From Ramazzottius varieornatus (Eukaryota; Animalia; Tardigrada), in contig BDGG01000004.1 of assembly GCA_001949185.1 (NCBI GenBank), positions 335,620-399,619 on the forward strand: a stretch of 64,000 bases of DNA, given 5' to 3'. The notes beneath the pieces were generated by a model. That model was not told where the DNA came from. It did not search any database and saw only the letters and a list, made by a program, of their open reading frames with translations. Position 1 is the first letter of the stretch. Each line of letters begins with the position of its first letter. The position numbers and the translations under genes are program-made. This document shows, in pieces, positions 37,201 through 51,144 of the stretch.

Positions 37201-38298
37201 TCACTGTAGCGATTTGCGGTATGCTAAACGGACCAACGAACGGTTTTGAAGTCAAAACCTTCGTGTGAGAATTCATACATAGCTGTAAGAGCAGTGAGCA
37301 CAATAGCGAGCGGATCGAACGAACGTACGCGTTTGACTTGCGCTGCTCGCGCTACTTTCACCGCTTTGCTTTCCTCATTTGTCAGATTAATGACTGCTTC
37401 GCACGATTCCAACTTTAAAACTTGTTGGCGTTGTAATTCAACCAAGGTTTCTTTCCATACTTGGGCCAAAGTCAACCTGCAAAAGAAACAGCAATGAAAA
37501 GACTGGAAGTCAACCTAATCAACGACCCAACTGAAAACCCCACTTATGACGTCGACGGTATAAGATAGACAATCGTAACCGCCATGACGTATAATGGACA
37601 CCCGCGTCTGCGCCCGCAGTCGATAAACCTCAAATTAAACAGGGAGAAGAAATCCTTACTTCGCAGTTTCCGACGAAATTTGCAGTTCATTCTGTCCGTT
37701 CTGGAACAGTTCAGTATACGAGACCAGCTCCTTGCGTAAATAATGCTGATTCAAAAGCTTGTGCACAGCCTAGAACAAACAGGAAGTGTAACGAAAGTCG
37801 ATAGTACACAGCGGGAAAAAAACTTAAACAAACCGTTGCGCAGTCTTTTTCCAGCTGAGCCTTCTGTCGCAGCACACTCCTACAGATAAGAAACAAACGT
37901 AATTACGCTCTGTTAAAGAAATCTGCGGAAGAACCATGAATGTGAACAGATATAAGTCGGAAGTGAGAAGGCGAAAGGACTAAGAAGGAAGGAGGAAGAA
38001 CGCGCATTCCAAAACTACGCCTGATTGATTGACTATGAAGTGTTGATTAGACCAACACAAATTCCACTTTGTTCAGAAATCAGTTGCGTGACGTAACGAA
38101 TACGGTAGGGCCCCATAGAAGAAGAGGCTCGTTTTCTATTATGCCGACTTACCGAATATTTTCGATCACCGCGCTTTCTAGCGTGTGTTTCGCCTGAAGT
38201 TTCTCCAGCTGAATTCCATGTTTGAGGATGGCCGGAGATTGGGGTTTACGGATCACGATCTTAGCAGAAGATTTGATTTTCGTAACGTCCTTGGTCAT
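34209..38298 (-). CDS. FCHSD2: F-BAR and double SH3 domain protein (FCHSD / nervous wreck), multi-exon
   Basis: N-terminal 'QLEKLQAKHTLESAVIENIR' F-BAR start; SH3 'CVALYEYNADRPDELSM...QGYVPANYV' and SH3 'CRAIYDYTADDPEDLSFREGD...DDGFWKGELHGRVG'; canonical splice sites. Confidence 0.88.
34604..34740. repeat. Intronic palindromic repeat family C, copy 1
   Basis: Shares GAGCT..TTCC.GTGGC..GCCACTT and CCAAGTGACGCACGTT with 35905-36035; shares the GTGGC/GCCAC core with 54410-54528. Confidence 0.6.
35905..36035. repeat. Intronic palindromic repeat family C, copy 2
   Basis: GGGAGCTGGCCGAACAAGCTCGAC...AGTGGCGCGAGTTTCCAG...GCCACTTCG...CCAAGTGACGCACGTT. Confidence 0.6.
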
Positions 38299-39714
38299 TT
38301 TGGGATCGCACTCAAATTCGAGCACAGCAATGAACAGGAAGAGCCCGTTTTGAAATTTTAACAGCTGTCAAATCAACGTGGAAACAGGCTCAGTACATAC
38401 GATCCAGGACCAGCCGTAAATCCCGCCCGGGGACCCGGATAATCCAACTATCGCTGGCCGATTTTCCGGTCTAAGTAACCCAAACCGTTCTCTGAATTCA
38501 GTACTCGTACCGTCACACATTCACCTGGAAATCGATACCTGTGAAAGAAACTGAGAACACATGCCTCCTCTCCTGAATTTGTTCGGGTTCATGGAGTGTA
38601 ATCGATCTCAAGATAATCCCCGGTGCAGCGTGGTTGCATACCTTCCGTAAACCAATTCTTTCCAAAGTTTGGCATGGGTTTGTCACCATCACAGACTGAA
38701 GTTTGTTCGTATTTTATCAGCAGTCAACAGGTTTGGCTCGCCGCGCAGTCAACATCAAAGACAGAACTGATAAGTTTAATCGTGCGTATTACAACAAATT
38801 TGCAGTGCGTAATTTCACTGTCTTCGTGGTTCGCACGAGCACACAACCTGCTGGGAGGAAATCGGCTTAAGGTAATTTTACCTTTCTACCGTTGCACACG
38901 AGTTATGCCTCCAGGTGATAAGAACCATGCTGCGAACAGCAGTGTTCTAAAAGTATGATCGACGATCAATAACGCGATGCCACTGCGGTGTATCGATCTT
39001 ACTTATCTCCTCCACATTTCTAGCCATACAAGATTCTTGGAGATCAATCCCAGGTTCATAATTCATAACTTGAGCGACAATTGGCACGTTCATATCGACC
39101 CGAAAGCACAACTAGGTGCGGGAACCCGGAGCCGAACGTAGAATGGAACGAGCTTCCCGATTTTGGCACGCCATCTGCCGGCTGTGCATTTCGCCTAAAC
39201 GTACAGTACACAGTGAATTAAGCAGCGATGGACGGATGATTTACTCAGGAAAATACCAGAAACCCAGAACGGCTTTCCAAGATCAAGTACAGTCCTACTT
39301 GATGATGGCAATCAATCAATTAATAATTATCAGTCTTGAAAAACCCTTTGGAAAGTTGTTCGAGCACTTGCTTTCTTGACTAGTAGAGACAGGATTTCTC
39401 CACGCATGACTAAGTTGCCAGTTCTAGTGGTCCGTGGCAGGTCGCACGAGACAACTCCGTGATTTTTGATATTAGGCTGAGTAAATCATTCGTCCATCGC
39501 TGGAATCAAGAATGCAGAACATGCTTCAATCAATCGACTGCCACCGAAAAATGTGAACACGATGTCATATGTTTTCGTTGTTCTGTTTTCGTCAGAGGGG
39601 TTATTCTTATCTGTCGTTTCAGGTCTTTACGCGGAGAGACCTGGTGGCATCCAGCTGACGGAGGGAGCTTGAAGAAACCCGTCACGAAGGACAGCGAGAC
39701 GCGAAGCGAGGAGG

Positions 39715-42539
39715 ATGAGCGATTCGCAACAGCGTCCTGGTTCAGCCAACGCTCCTTCGATTCCTCTACGTTCAAAGCGTGTCACTGCACCACCCTTCAG
39801 TCCTCCTCCACCTCCGATAAACCAGTACTCTATGGTACCTTCCGTAATACCTGGCTCGGCTCAAAGAACGGATCGGAGCAGCTCGTCGCCAGGTAGAAGC
39901 CTCATTCCCCAACAGAGACAGCACAGCGCGGAATCACTCCTGTCCACTTCTACTGCTCATCAAGCTGGGCAAAGCACGGATGCTTCAAGCATGCGAAGCG
40001 ACAGAGCATCCAGTATGGCATCTACCGCGTAAGTTTGAACTGCTTCAATTCGAAGGAAGAGACCTTACGTGAACGACAGCCGGACGGAGTAGAGTGACTC
40101 TGTTGAATTATTCGTGCAGTTGATTGGCCGGAAGTTGATTGACTGTTCTTACGTATCTGTTTTTATTTTTGTAGCGTTGCCGATGGATCGCCCAGTGTGC
40201 CGAGCAGCATCCGGTCCACCAAGTCGTCATCTTCGAGCTCCCTGTCAAACACAGGAGAGCCATTGGTATCTGCTAGAGAACACCGAGGTGAGTTGGGGAG
40301 CTTAGAGGACGCCTTCGCGAACTTGAATGGCGAGGAAGTCAAGCTGACTTCAAAGACTGTCCAACATGTCGACGGCTCAACCGACGCTCTGCAGAGTGGC
40401 GTCTTGACCATCACAAACTATCGCTTGATCTTCCGAGCAGCTAACCCAGCCGACTCGTTCGACCTACCGCTCAGCTTCATCAGCAGCATTGACAAGGTCT
40501 CCACGACGTCCAACTCACAGAACTCTTTCCGGCTACGCATCACCTGTAAAGATCTGCGCCGTGAGGTTTTCGTGGTCACTAAGAACGCTGACCAACCTTC
40601 TCAAAAGCACTTCTTGGACGTCTTGAAAGCTCACGCGTTCCCCCTGTCGTACAAACGGCAGTTGTTCGCTTTCGACTACAAGGGCGAATATTCCAGCGAA
40701 GGTTGGAGCGTCTACGATGCTAAGACTGAGTATAAACGTCAGGGTTTGCCGAACGATATGTGGCGTATCGCGAATGTCAACCAGAAGTACGAGCTGTGTG
40801 AGACTTACCCGTCAGTGTTGGCAGTTCCTCTGAATGCCAGTGACGAACTCCTCTTTGGCGTTGCTTCCTTCCGCAGCCGTGGACGACTTCCGGTCCTATC
40901 TTGGATCCATCCGGTGTCTCACGCGACCATCACGCGTTGTAGTCAGCCTCAGGTAGGGCTGAATGGACGAAGAAGCAAAGACGATGAGAATTATGTCAAG
41001 TTGATCCACGATGCCAACCCTTCCTATCCTCGTTTGTGCATTATGGATGCACGGCCGTTGGTCAACGCTGCTGCCAACAAGGTATGTTGATTGATTGACA
41101 GTAACATTTTGATCGTAACTGCACTGTAGAACCGTTGTGACATCACTTGGCTGCCACGGCTGGTCCTACTCCATCTTTACACTACGGAGGCGTACGTCCT
41201 ACGTATGGGGTGTGCCGAGTAGGATCCACGCTTCAGCTGTGTGACTGTAACCGTTACCGGTTGATGTGGTTGCAGGCAAAAGGTGGCGGTTACGAAAGTG
41301 AGGAGAATTATCCCAGTTCCGACTTGGTTTTCTTGGACATTCATAACATTCATGTCATGCGAGAAAGCCTTAGGAAAGTGCGTGAAATGTGTACACCGAG
41401 GATCGAGGACCCAAATCATTTTTACTCGAATCTGGAAGCCACACACTGGCTCTCCCACATCAAGGCTATTCTAGCTGGGGCGCTGAAGATCGTCGACAAA
41501 GTGGAGACCTACAAGTCATCGGTTTTGGTCCACTGTAGTGACGGATGGGATCGCACTTCCCAGTTGACCAGCTTGTCGATGATCATGCTGGATCCATTCT
41601 ATCGAACCATTCGAGGGTTCCAGGTCTTGATTGAGAAGGAATGGGTTAGCTTTGGCCACAAGTTCGCTCATGTAAGCCTAATAGTCAGCAAGAGTTTCTT
41701 GTCCGTTTCATTAATAAAATTTGGCGTTTTGGATTTAGAGAATCGGCCATGGTGAGGAGAAAGAAGCAACGGAACGTTCGCCAGTCTTCCTTCAGTTCAT
41801 CGACTGCGTGTGGCAGTTGACCGAGCAGTTCGAGACTTCATTTGAATTCAACGAGCGCTTCCTCATCGCTATCATCGATAATGTACACAACTGCCGCTTT
41901 GGGACGTTCCTCAGCAATTTTGAAAAAGAACATGGCGAAAAGGTAATTCCTCACTTCCACTGTAAATACGCAGATCATCCCCAAAGAATGCCAAAAGTAG
42001 AAACTCCGGTTCCAAGCTGCAGTAGCCAATGAGACATCACACAAAATCATATCAATTGTGTGTTCTCGATTGCACTGCTGCGAGGCCAATGCTGAGTTAT
42101 AGGCGAACTTGGCTTTCTTCAACGTGTCTTTTTTGTCACAGTTTATTTTCGTTTGCAGAATCTGAAGGTGAAGACGGTGTCGCTGTGGTCTTACATCAAC
42201 AGTGATCTGACCGAATACCGCAACCCCTTTTACTACCAACAACCACAAGACTCTACCGGTGTGGATAACGTCTTGTACCCGCTGACCACCCACCGGTACC
42301 TGAAACTGTGGCTACGCTACTACGCCCGCTACGATCCTTCGGTCAAGTACCAAGAACCGATCGAAGAACGCCACAAGCAGCTTCTGTACGCACTTCAGCG
42401 TCTGACCGAACTTCGGGACAATCTAAAGAAAGAAGCGGCAGCTCGACGAGACTCTAACGCGAAAAATAACAATAACATTAACACCATTCCGCGAAGTAGT
42501 TCGAACCATTCGAGAGTAACCGAACCTGTTCATGTCTAG
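39715..42539 (+). CDS. MTMR2: Myotubularin-related phosphoinositide 3-phosphatase (MTM1/MTMR1/2 group), multi-exon
   Basis: GRAM '[12 protein letters not shown]', '[12 protein letters not shown]', '[12 protein letters not shown]|AKGGGYE', catalytic '[10 protein letters not shown]', '[11 protein letters not shown]', C-terminal coiled coil. Confidence 0.93.
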
Positions 42540-44257
42540 CCTTTTTATCTGAGTTTCCCGATTTTCTATTCTTCTTCTGGTTTTACTCATGGTTTGATTT
42601 TCGCGCATCATTGTAAAAATATGTCAAGTGTGTAAAATGGTTGTACAGAAGTTAATATCGTGAGAAGATCATCAAATGGCTGTCTTTGCGTCATAAACCC
42701 GCGGTTTCTTGCATCGCTTCAATGATTTGTCATATTACTCCGGTGCCGTAATACCTCCGAAGCAAAACAGCTCGAAAAGTCATTTGGGCGATCAGGAGGG
42801 AATTTAGCATACGCGCGCGAAAAGCGTAATGATCACTAACGATGCCGTTGTGTTTTGACATTATATTGACGGTAATTACGGAGAGACAAGAGGCGCTTGT
42901 TTATACCTGTCTCCCGTCGAAAGAATGCTCTTTCTTTCTCGCATCGTTATGATCAAATACCGCTGACAGTCTCCCATACAAATGAAAACGGCGCACTTTG
43001 ATCTTTATTGCCCAACATATCATCGCGCCCAATTGCCGAATACTTAACAATAGATCATAGTCATCATACCTTCCTTTGAAGTTCTCTGAACATCTTGTTT
43101 TTCTCCGCTTTTTTTCCATGAGCGACGCGTGATGCTAACGTTTGTCCACTGAGGGCAATAACACCACGCCCCAAAGAAGAGCCAACAGCTGCGAAGCCGA
43201 TTACGAGAGTATAACATTGATGTTTCTGGCATCACAAAAGATTCTCGATACTCCCTTTCGCATCATTCGAGGTCGGTTAAGTTACCAAATCTGCATTAGA
43301 CGTAGTGGTTTTTAGATATAAAGATATATTAGACTAAGATGCTCCTAACATATGGGAGGCTGGATTACGAAACGTACAAGTCTGATATCTCAAGTGACTC
43401 ACTCTTGTAGGCAATAACTTTGATAACGCGCGCCACTGGAGATGACGATTTCGCACATGGCGTTTGCCGGGATGCGCAATTTTGGCCCTGCAGTGCAATT
43501 CTCTTTTTCCATGTTTCACGTCCAAAGCGGGTTTGGATTCGGGCAAGAATAAGTGCGAAGTTGTGCTCGCTCCAACTTGTTTGATGGAGGTTTCGGAAAT
43601 GAGGAGGGGTATTACGCAGCTTTAACGGCCGATTTTGCTGATAGGCGAAGCGCACCGGCCAACCGCCGAGGTTAAACGATTCATTTTGGAGCAGCAACTC
43701 CAATGAGTCCTTTGGGATCGACATCACTCGGAGGAAGTAAGTCATTTGTGGGAGCTTTTGGCTAATATGCGAGCATGAGTCCAAAAGGGAGAGGCCTGTG
43801 TGCAATTTGTCAGCAATGTAGGGCTATCGTGACGGCACATCGCCCATTGAATCTCATTTGATCATTAACCACCCTTTGATCTGACTTATGACACAATATC
43901 ATCACGTCAATCATGGAAATATTGGCGTCGCGCAGGGATTTATTTGAAGAAGAGGGCAGAGAAACTAAAAATCATATCGGATATTAATACAGATAATAAA
44001 GTCAGATAAGGACTGACTAATGACAAAAGCGGCTTCAACTCAACGACAATTCATCATGTCGATAGCCATCCAATTTTAAAACTGCCAAAAGACTCGAATA
44101 AGGAAATCGAATCGAACTTCCGCGTCGTGGAGAAGCTCACCAGGGACAAAAAATTTATCGAGAAGATCAAAATTCCAGAATACAGTTTAAAGGAAGTCAA
44201 TTTTGATTCTGTAATAGGTTGATTTGTTTTTGGTATGATACTGGTTATTTAAATAGA

Positions 44258-45375
44258 TTAGTCTTCCCGACGGCCGAGCAAAGCTTGGAACAGCGGCGTT
44301 CTTTGTGGTGATTTCTCACAGTCGATCTTCGGGCTTCGGCTTGAGGTGACCTTTGGGCTCCACCGGTCACACGTCGAACCTCCAAAAGCTGGTGGAGGAG
44401 AGTCCATGGACTTCGTTGGAGGAAGTGCTTCGTGTCGTGGGACGAAGGGGTACGCGCCGGGAAGGGAGAAAGGACTACTGTGAACTGTCGGTCGTCCGTA
44501 AGCGGCTGTAGCGCCCGGGTACATGCCGTAAAAGGGGAAGGGTGCGCTGGACTGAGGAACACAGGCCGAAGCAGCCGCGTAGCGTTGAAGAGTGTTGTTG
44601 GAAGCCAAGTTGAACATGTAGGCTGCGAAATGAGGATCCGCGTAGGGCCAAGAGATCGACATGCGCTGACGTTTGTCTTTCATGCGACGATTCTGGAACC
44701 AAACCTACGGAAGACAAATTTTTGAGTTACAATGTGATTTCGACCAGTCAAAAATTGTAGGAAAAGACTGTTCGTAGGACAGAGTAGATAGATATTTTGA
44801 TCTGAAGTTCACTTGCGTCGAATACATAAAAATCTTCTACCCGTAGCATTTGGACACTGTCCATAATTATGTAAACCTTGACGTGGAATTTGCGCAGACC
44901 AAGGGATTTTCCAACATACTAACTTAAAGTAGCATTACCACGAAGTGATCTGTTCATTCTACCAATCCAAGGTCTTGTGCAATCGTGTTTTGCAAGGAAC
45001 ATGAGATTACCTTTATGGTGCTCTCCGGCAAGTTTAAACTGGCAGCCAGCTCACAGCGTCGCGGCCGAGAGACATAGTTTTCGCGCAGGAACTCTTTTTC
45101 CAGCCGAGAGATTTGGTCTCGACTGAATGCTGTGCGGTATCGACGGATGGGATTGTTTGGGTCGTTGATGGAACATCCTAAAAATTCAAAGCAGACCGTC
45201 AGTAAAGTTCGCATCAGTATTTCCACGGCGGTCGTCTAGATGACCATTTGGAGTAAGAGCACTAAACAGGCTGAAGGGTTGACCTACCGGTTAACTTCTC
45301 GGAACAGTCGGTTGGCTCGTTGAGGTATTCCCCATCACATTCCGTCGTATGTGGAATTTCGGCGTCATGAATCAT
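44258..45375 (-). CDS. eve: Even-skipped / Evx homeobox protein (exons 45375-45288, 45177-45011, 44704-44258; start uncertain)
   Basis: '[45 protein letters not shown]|[15 protein letters not shown]', followed by the Evx-typical '[12 protein letters not shown]'. Confidence 0.95.
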
Positions 45376-48037
45376 GGTAGAAAATTGCCGAACGCGAATG
45401 CGTCGAGCGCAAGAAATTTCAGCTTTGGCCACGAACACCAGCAAGACCTGAATCGAGGTTTCAGCAAACTCAGACGCCGGTGGGAACTCGATTTGTAACA
45501 CTGGAGAAGTTTCATTTGAGTTTGAGTCTTTTTATCTTCTTGAGGAAAGGTGTGCTTATTCGCCTTATTGTAGGCGTGGCATACAATAACTTTACGCGCT
45601 AGGAATGGATTGCACTTTGAACATGGATACCGGGGTCTCTCGTCGTCCGCACACTGATACCAAGTCTTGCTGATACACAAGTGTACGAGAATGGCAGCTT
45701 CAACTTCATAAGCCACCGCCCAGCACGAAGTATTCATTTGGTGAAATGGTCGGAAGCACCCAGATCATAATCGTGCTAGCGAGAGAGGATTATCAAGGCG
45801 GGCTTATGGCTCTTCATAACGACCAATAACTTCATCGATCGGCAAGCATGTTCGAAGAATCTCAAGTACTCAAAGCAGCACCACCATCGAATGTACTGGC
45901 GACATCAACGGTGGTGTACATTGATTTGCAATTTCAACATCTTTTTTGGCGTATCTGACAGGGCAGCTGATTAGATACAGTAAAGTTCAGAACCCTTTCG
46001 CAGGGGTGATCGACTAGCCAGTTTTTGATTTCAAACAGCTCTCACGAGGTCAACAGTACACCGTTGCGGCCTCATGATGAAAAACGAGCAAAACAACCGT
46101 CATAAACGTTGATTGTCGTTTAATAAACTGTGCAATATTGTCGAGCACATAATCCATCATAATGACCGAATGCTTTTTTTGACGCCAAGCCGTGTCCCAG
46201 TAGCTCCTGCGACCGTCTTTATGACCGTCATTCTAGCTGCGACATCTGCTCGGCTAAGCCGGCCTTGATGGTGTCGTTAAGCGGCGCTCCATGATCATGG
46301 GGCGCTGTAAAAGCCCAAAAGGCTTCGCCATAACATCATTGCCTTATAACCCGATACCTATCAAAGCTAGAACTATCCAGACCATTGTACGCCTTTTCCG
46401 GAAAGAACCTCACCGTCATCAGAAGGCGGAACGGCAAACCAAAATGTCGGTCGTTGAAGAGGCTTCTTGGTTTCATCCAAATTCAAACATTTATTGTTGT
46501 CTTCCGCACCATGGTTATTCGTTTGAAACTCCCTGTCCAGGCAACTGGGATGTCTCTGGCATGAGGGTGTATGGTCGCTTCATGCGACCGGAAGATCGGT
46601 ATAACTTAACGACGAAGATTTTAACAAGTTGAGTAGTTTGTTGAAGCGTCATAAATATTTGTCTCAATTGAATTGACGCGTCGCGAAGAGGTCTATGATT
46701 GAACTGAATAGGTATGCGATACTTTATGATACCCCATCTGTGCAAACCATTGAAAATTCTGCTGTACTGTCTAACCCGCTGCGTCCGATGCCAAACTGCA
46801 TCATGACCCAGATAATGTTGTACATTGATATCCTTTCGTGGTCCAGAAGTCCTCCCGTATGTTCCACGTAAGCAGATATCACAAGTATTTTGTGTTGAAA
46901 AGAAACGCACACGCACGATGGAAAATTATGAGACAATACAAATTATGGGATAGGCCTTTTCGCTACGACGGTACGGGAGCACATACGTACGCGACCGATT
47001 CACAGTAATATACTTTTCGACAATTTTCTACAGTCGAATTTCCATTTTGCCGTCCTTTCCGCCTGTCCCATAATTTCCTATCGTGCGTGTACCAATGCCA
47101 ATCCATAAACAACTCGTTCGGTAAAGAGGTGTGCGACCATGGGAAACCTCTGATTTCTTCCTCCATTCCCTGCTCATCTTGTTCTTCGTGACCATTCTAT
47201 AGACCCCACCTGCACGTACAAAAGCCATGATACCACAACGCAGTTGTTCGAGTTTCTGATAATTTTTCGCTCTTTAAAGCAACGCCACACGACTGATGTG
47301 ATAGGCAAGCTATTGCAGGGTGTTCCCTATAAGCAGCGAGGGCGCCACTGCCTCCTGGTATAAAGATCGGTATGCGCGGTCTCCGTACCGGCGGTCGGCG
47401 GGCGACGTGATTACCTGAACGGAGATGATGGCAATTAGTAGGGAGAAGATTGTTTACAAAGATGCCGCTAATGAAAGGAAAGGCCGGGTGTTGAGACCAG
47501 GTAGTAAATATAAAACTTTACAAGCACGGACAGGACAGGAAGCTCCAAGCTGTCTCTCCCACACTCACCGTCATGTTTACTCCGACCGTTCATTGAATCT
47601 TAACAGCTTGATTGCTGTGCTCTTCGTGTCCGCTCTTTCAATCTGAGTACCATCAGACACTGCTTGTAGGCAGAATTTACGATTTGTTCCTGTTTGAACC
47701 ACAAAGTCGGATCACTCTAAAAAAATCCAAATAATTGGCGGAAGATTCTGGTTCAGCTAGAGTTTCAGGATGTGTTTCTACCCGGAGGATGTGTATGTTG
47801 GAGCATCCGCGTGGGCCGAAAAGCTGATGAGATATATCCTCTTAATCGGCAGCTGAATATCATCAATGTTCGAAAATAGAATCAGGTTCTAATCTAGGAG
47901 CGACTAATGTACAGTATATGCTCCGATACGCCCTTCGTGAGCCAGAAGAGGCCAGCACAAACAAGACCAAATCTAACACCGCTGTCGACTCGTACCATTA
48001 TATCCAGTCGAGTACAGGTTTGAAATAGTTATATCAA

Positions 48038-48090
48038 GAAAACTAGAATGAAAACCAGAATGAAAACCAGAATGAAAACCAGAATGGAAA
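48038..48090. repeat. 12-bp tandem repeat (~4 copies)
   Basis: (AGAATGAAAACC)n. Confidence 0.85.
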
Positions 48091-49508
48091 GTTGGGGCTG
48101 TCGGAGAAAATCAGGAACAACTCTAAGAGATCGTCAATAGATGAAAATCGATTTTTTGAAAGGGTAGTGACAAGTTTGCTTGAACGGGCTGTAGAACATG
48201 GTCAGCGCCCCGTGGTAAGCGGTCGAGATGGCCATCGAAGTACAGTTTCGGTAACCGGTAATGCGGATATAGCTAGCGCTGGTACCACTCGCCGATGCAA
48301 CTGGAACCACGTTCTGTAACACGCTGTTGGGTATCTGGAAAAAGAGCGACGAGAGCAGGTGAACAGTAAATCAACCGTTGCATGATCCTTGCCCACAACG
48401 ACTGACCACCAACAGTCAGTATGCAACTACTGGAGAATCCAACGGTAAGCGGTAGTACATAGCGTCCATGATCACACCGGAAGCAGACAACATGTGAGTA
48501 GACCCACACTGACGGACTGACCTAGATAACGTGATGGCAACTTATCTTGTGTTTCTTTTGGCGGTAAGAGTAGTAAGATCATTCTCACGCTGTATGACGT
48601 CACTGTGACATAAACACATTTTCACTCGGAAGTCCGAACCACTGGAGAATATTTTGACGTAGCGACCTGACCACTGGTCCGACGGTTGAATGAACCTTAC
48701 CATCGCGCTTCCCGATGTTTGGTACGCCCTATTACAGGGGGTTTCCAAGTAAACTGAACCGTTTTTGCCGTTTCGTGAAAATCCGGTTTGTGATCTGATT
48801 TCGTTGCCTTACGTACCGCTCACTAGATGGAGTGTTCTCTGAACTTGCGACTCTATGTGTTTTCCTGCAATCATCATTTATTTGGTTGATTGGAAGAATT
48901 CATTGGCAGAATTCACAGGGAAGAAAGGTATCAAATAATAAGGATAGTAGGATGGATAAGTCCAAAGCCACAGTGGTTGACAAGTGCGCATCTTTCTAGA
49001 AAGCTCTGAATCCGCTGAATATAAATTAGGCGTGCCTCTGGTATCATGCAACACAGGAAGGTTATTTTCCTCTGGTAAGTTGCAGCGTCATCCCAAAGTA
49101 ATTCGACATCAGCCGGTGCAATTAGACCATCCATATGGGACATACAGTAGTTCCGACACTTATGGTGAACGGCTTGTATACAGGTAGCTTTCATAACACG
49201 TCTACAGTAAACCATGAATATTTCCGGTGTCATGTGCGAAGTACGTGCCGCGGGCACCGGCGTTCGCGTAATTATGGTTTTCCAACCGTGTTTTGCTCGC
49301 TCGCAGAGTCAAGCATCGTGGAAATTTAATATTGTTTCACTGTGGAGTATTTATTATCCGATTTCTACGGGTTCTGTTGGAACCGTCCCCAGCTACGCTC
49401 ACGTGTGCGTACAGAGAGGGCTGTATGAGTATCCCTGGAGCAAACGACACAAGACACAACGTGTCAAACTCTCAATTCAAATAAATATAGATTAGAACTG
49501 GTGCTGCT

Positions 49509-50480
49509 TCAGCACCAGTTAAGACATGAACTCTGAAAAGCTCTGCGTATGTCCGCAGACGCTAGAACGAAAATAATGGGGTCTAGCAAGGTTATCAACT
49601 CGAACAAGATGTTCGCTACTGTGTGCAAGCTCGGGATGATGTAGTCAAAGTATAGAAGACTAATGAAAAATACCGTCAGGGGCCCATAACAGATCAAGAC
49701 ACAGCACGTCATCAACGTCAAAATCAGAAAGCCATGGTTCTTGCCCAGAGCTGCCCCGTTCCGTTTCCCGATCACCGAACTTCTGGTTGTAGCTGTAAAA
49801 GTACGACGACAAGCAGGCTTCACCGACAGCGGGAATACCCGGACGCGCCATTGTAAACACATCTTGATGCAGACAACAGGATAGGTAACAAGTACCACCG
49901 AGATCGGTAAACAGTAAATCAAGGCTTGAATAATATAGGCCCACCACAACTGAGCTTGTGCGTTGAAGATACACCCGGCGGTTAGTGTTGGACGGTAGTA
50001 CATCGCGTCGCTGACCACACCCGGAAGTAGGAAGATGTGCAGGTAGATCCACATGGAAACACATACTGTGATCGCGTACTTCCGGGTGTGTTTTTGGTGG
50101 TAGGAGCGAGGACAGGCAATAGCCCATAGGCGGTTGAGGGCGATCACCGCATGAGCGTTGTACATGGCGCCCTGGACAACATAGACACAATACAAGGAAA
50201 CCGTACAGGAACTCCAGCTGGTCCACCATCTGCCGTGTAATTCGTTGACTAGATCGATGGGATAACGTAAAGCTATCTCGATCAAGTTGGCGATGAAGAG
50301 GTTGATCATGTAGATGGCGAAGGGCGAGCATAGCGAAGGTTGGAGAACGTACAGAGCGAGGACGCTGCCGTTGGTCAGGAAACCGGCTACCATTATGAAT
50401 AGCGATAACCACGAGGTTGACGACCAGTGAGGATCGGAAGTGAGGTCTTCTGTTGAGTTGGTAGAGTTTGGGTCCATCAT
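49509..50480 (-). CDS. Class A GPCR of the same broad family, intronless, intact
   Basis: Seven TMs, 'AHAVIALNRLW', 'LLDPIIF', N-terminal NST sequons. Confidence 0.88.
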   Translation of the reverse strand: MMDPNSTNSTEDLTSDPHWSSTSWLSLFIMVAGFLTNGSVLALYVLQPSLCSPFAIYMINLFIANLIEIALRYPIDLVNELHGRWWTSWSSCTVSLYCVYVVQGAMYNAHAVIALNRLWAIACPRSYHQKHTRKYAITVCVSMWIYLHIFLLPGVVSDAMYYRPTLTAGCIFNAQAQLWWAYIIQALIYCLPISVVLVTYPVVCIKMCLQWRVRVFPLSVKPACRRTFTATTRSSVIGKRNGAALGKNHGFLILTLMTCCVLICYGPLTVFFISLLYFDYIIPSLHTVANILFELITLLDPIIFVLASADIRRAFQSSCLNWC

Positions 50481-51144
50481 CCAAGTAAATATTTTGCTAT
50501 CTTTTTTTACCGAAGAAGCAGCAGTAAAATCATGTAACGAAGGGTGAATGTTGGTCTTTCCAGCGGGAACAAACTTCCTATGTTAAGCAGACCGTTTCCT
50601 GCGGACTTGATAACATGAGGCAAGGAATGGTCCATACACGGACCCTCAAAGCGATATGGTTATCCCATCCGAGCATTGTTATAGATCTGGTCGAAACGGA
50701 TGCTTCCTGAGCGCGTTTGTTCACACATCGAGATGGCTAATTGAAACTCGCCTCTGGATATTACCCGTCGTCTAATCCCTGAAGAAGACTCTTCTATATC
50801 ATGGCTGTGGGAGTCATTATTGGATAACAGGAAGCACTTGGGTGGTGGGGTTATTCATGCAACGTTATTTAACTATTTGCAATCCCGGCATCATGATCAC
50901 TAGCTACCCAAACATTCATGTAAAAACTGGTCGGTTAACTCGACCTCGAGTCCCATTATCGGCGACATATATACTATTCAAATTGGAAATGTGTTAACTT
51001 ATCTGGAACTCTGAATCGCCAGAATTTATTACGCCATTGAAAATTTCTTTCGCACTCTTCCCCGTACTGTATATGATAAAGAAAATCTTTGGGCAACTTT
51101 ATAGCAGACAGCGGAGCACAGTAGTGGGGCAAACTGGAAATTTT

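Noticed and set aside
49660-50484. 274-aa alternative-frame ORF overlapping the GPCR
   Set aside because: Same-strand off-frame ORF with no recognisable features; likely a codon-usage by-product.
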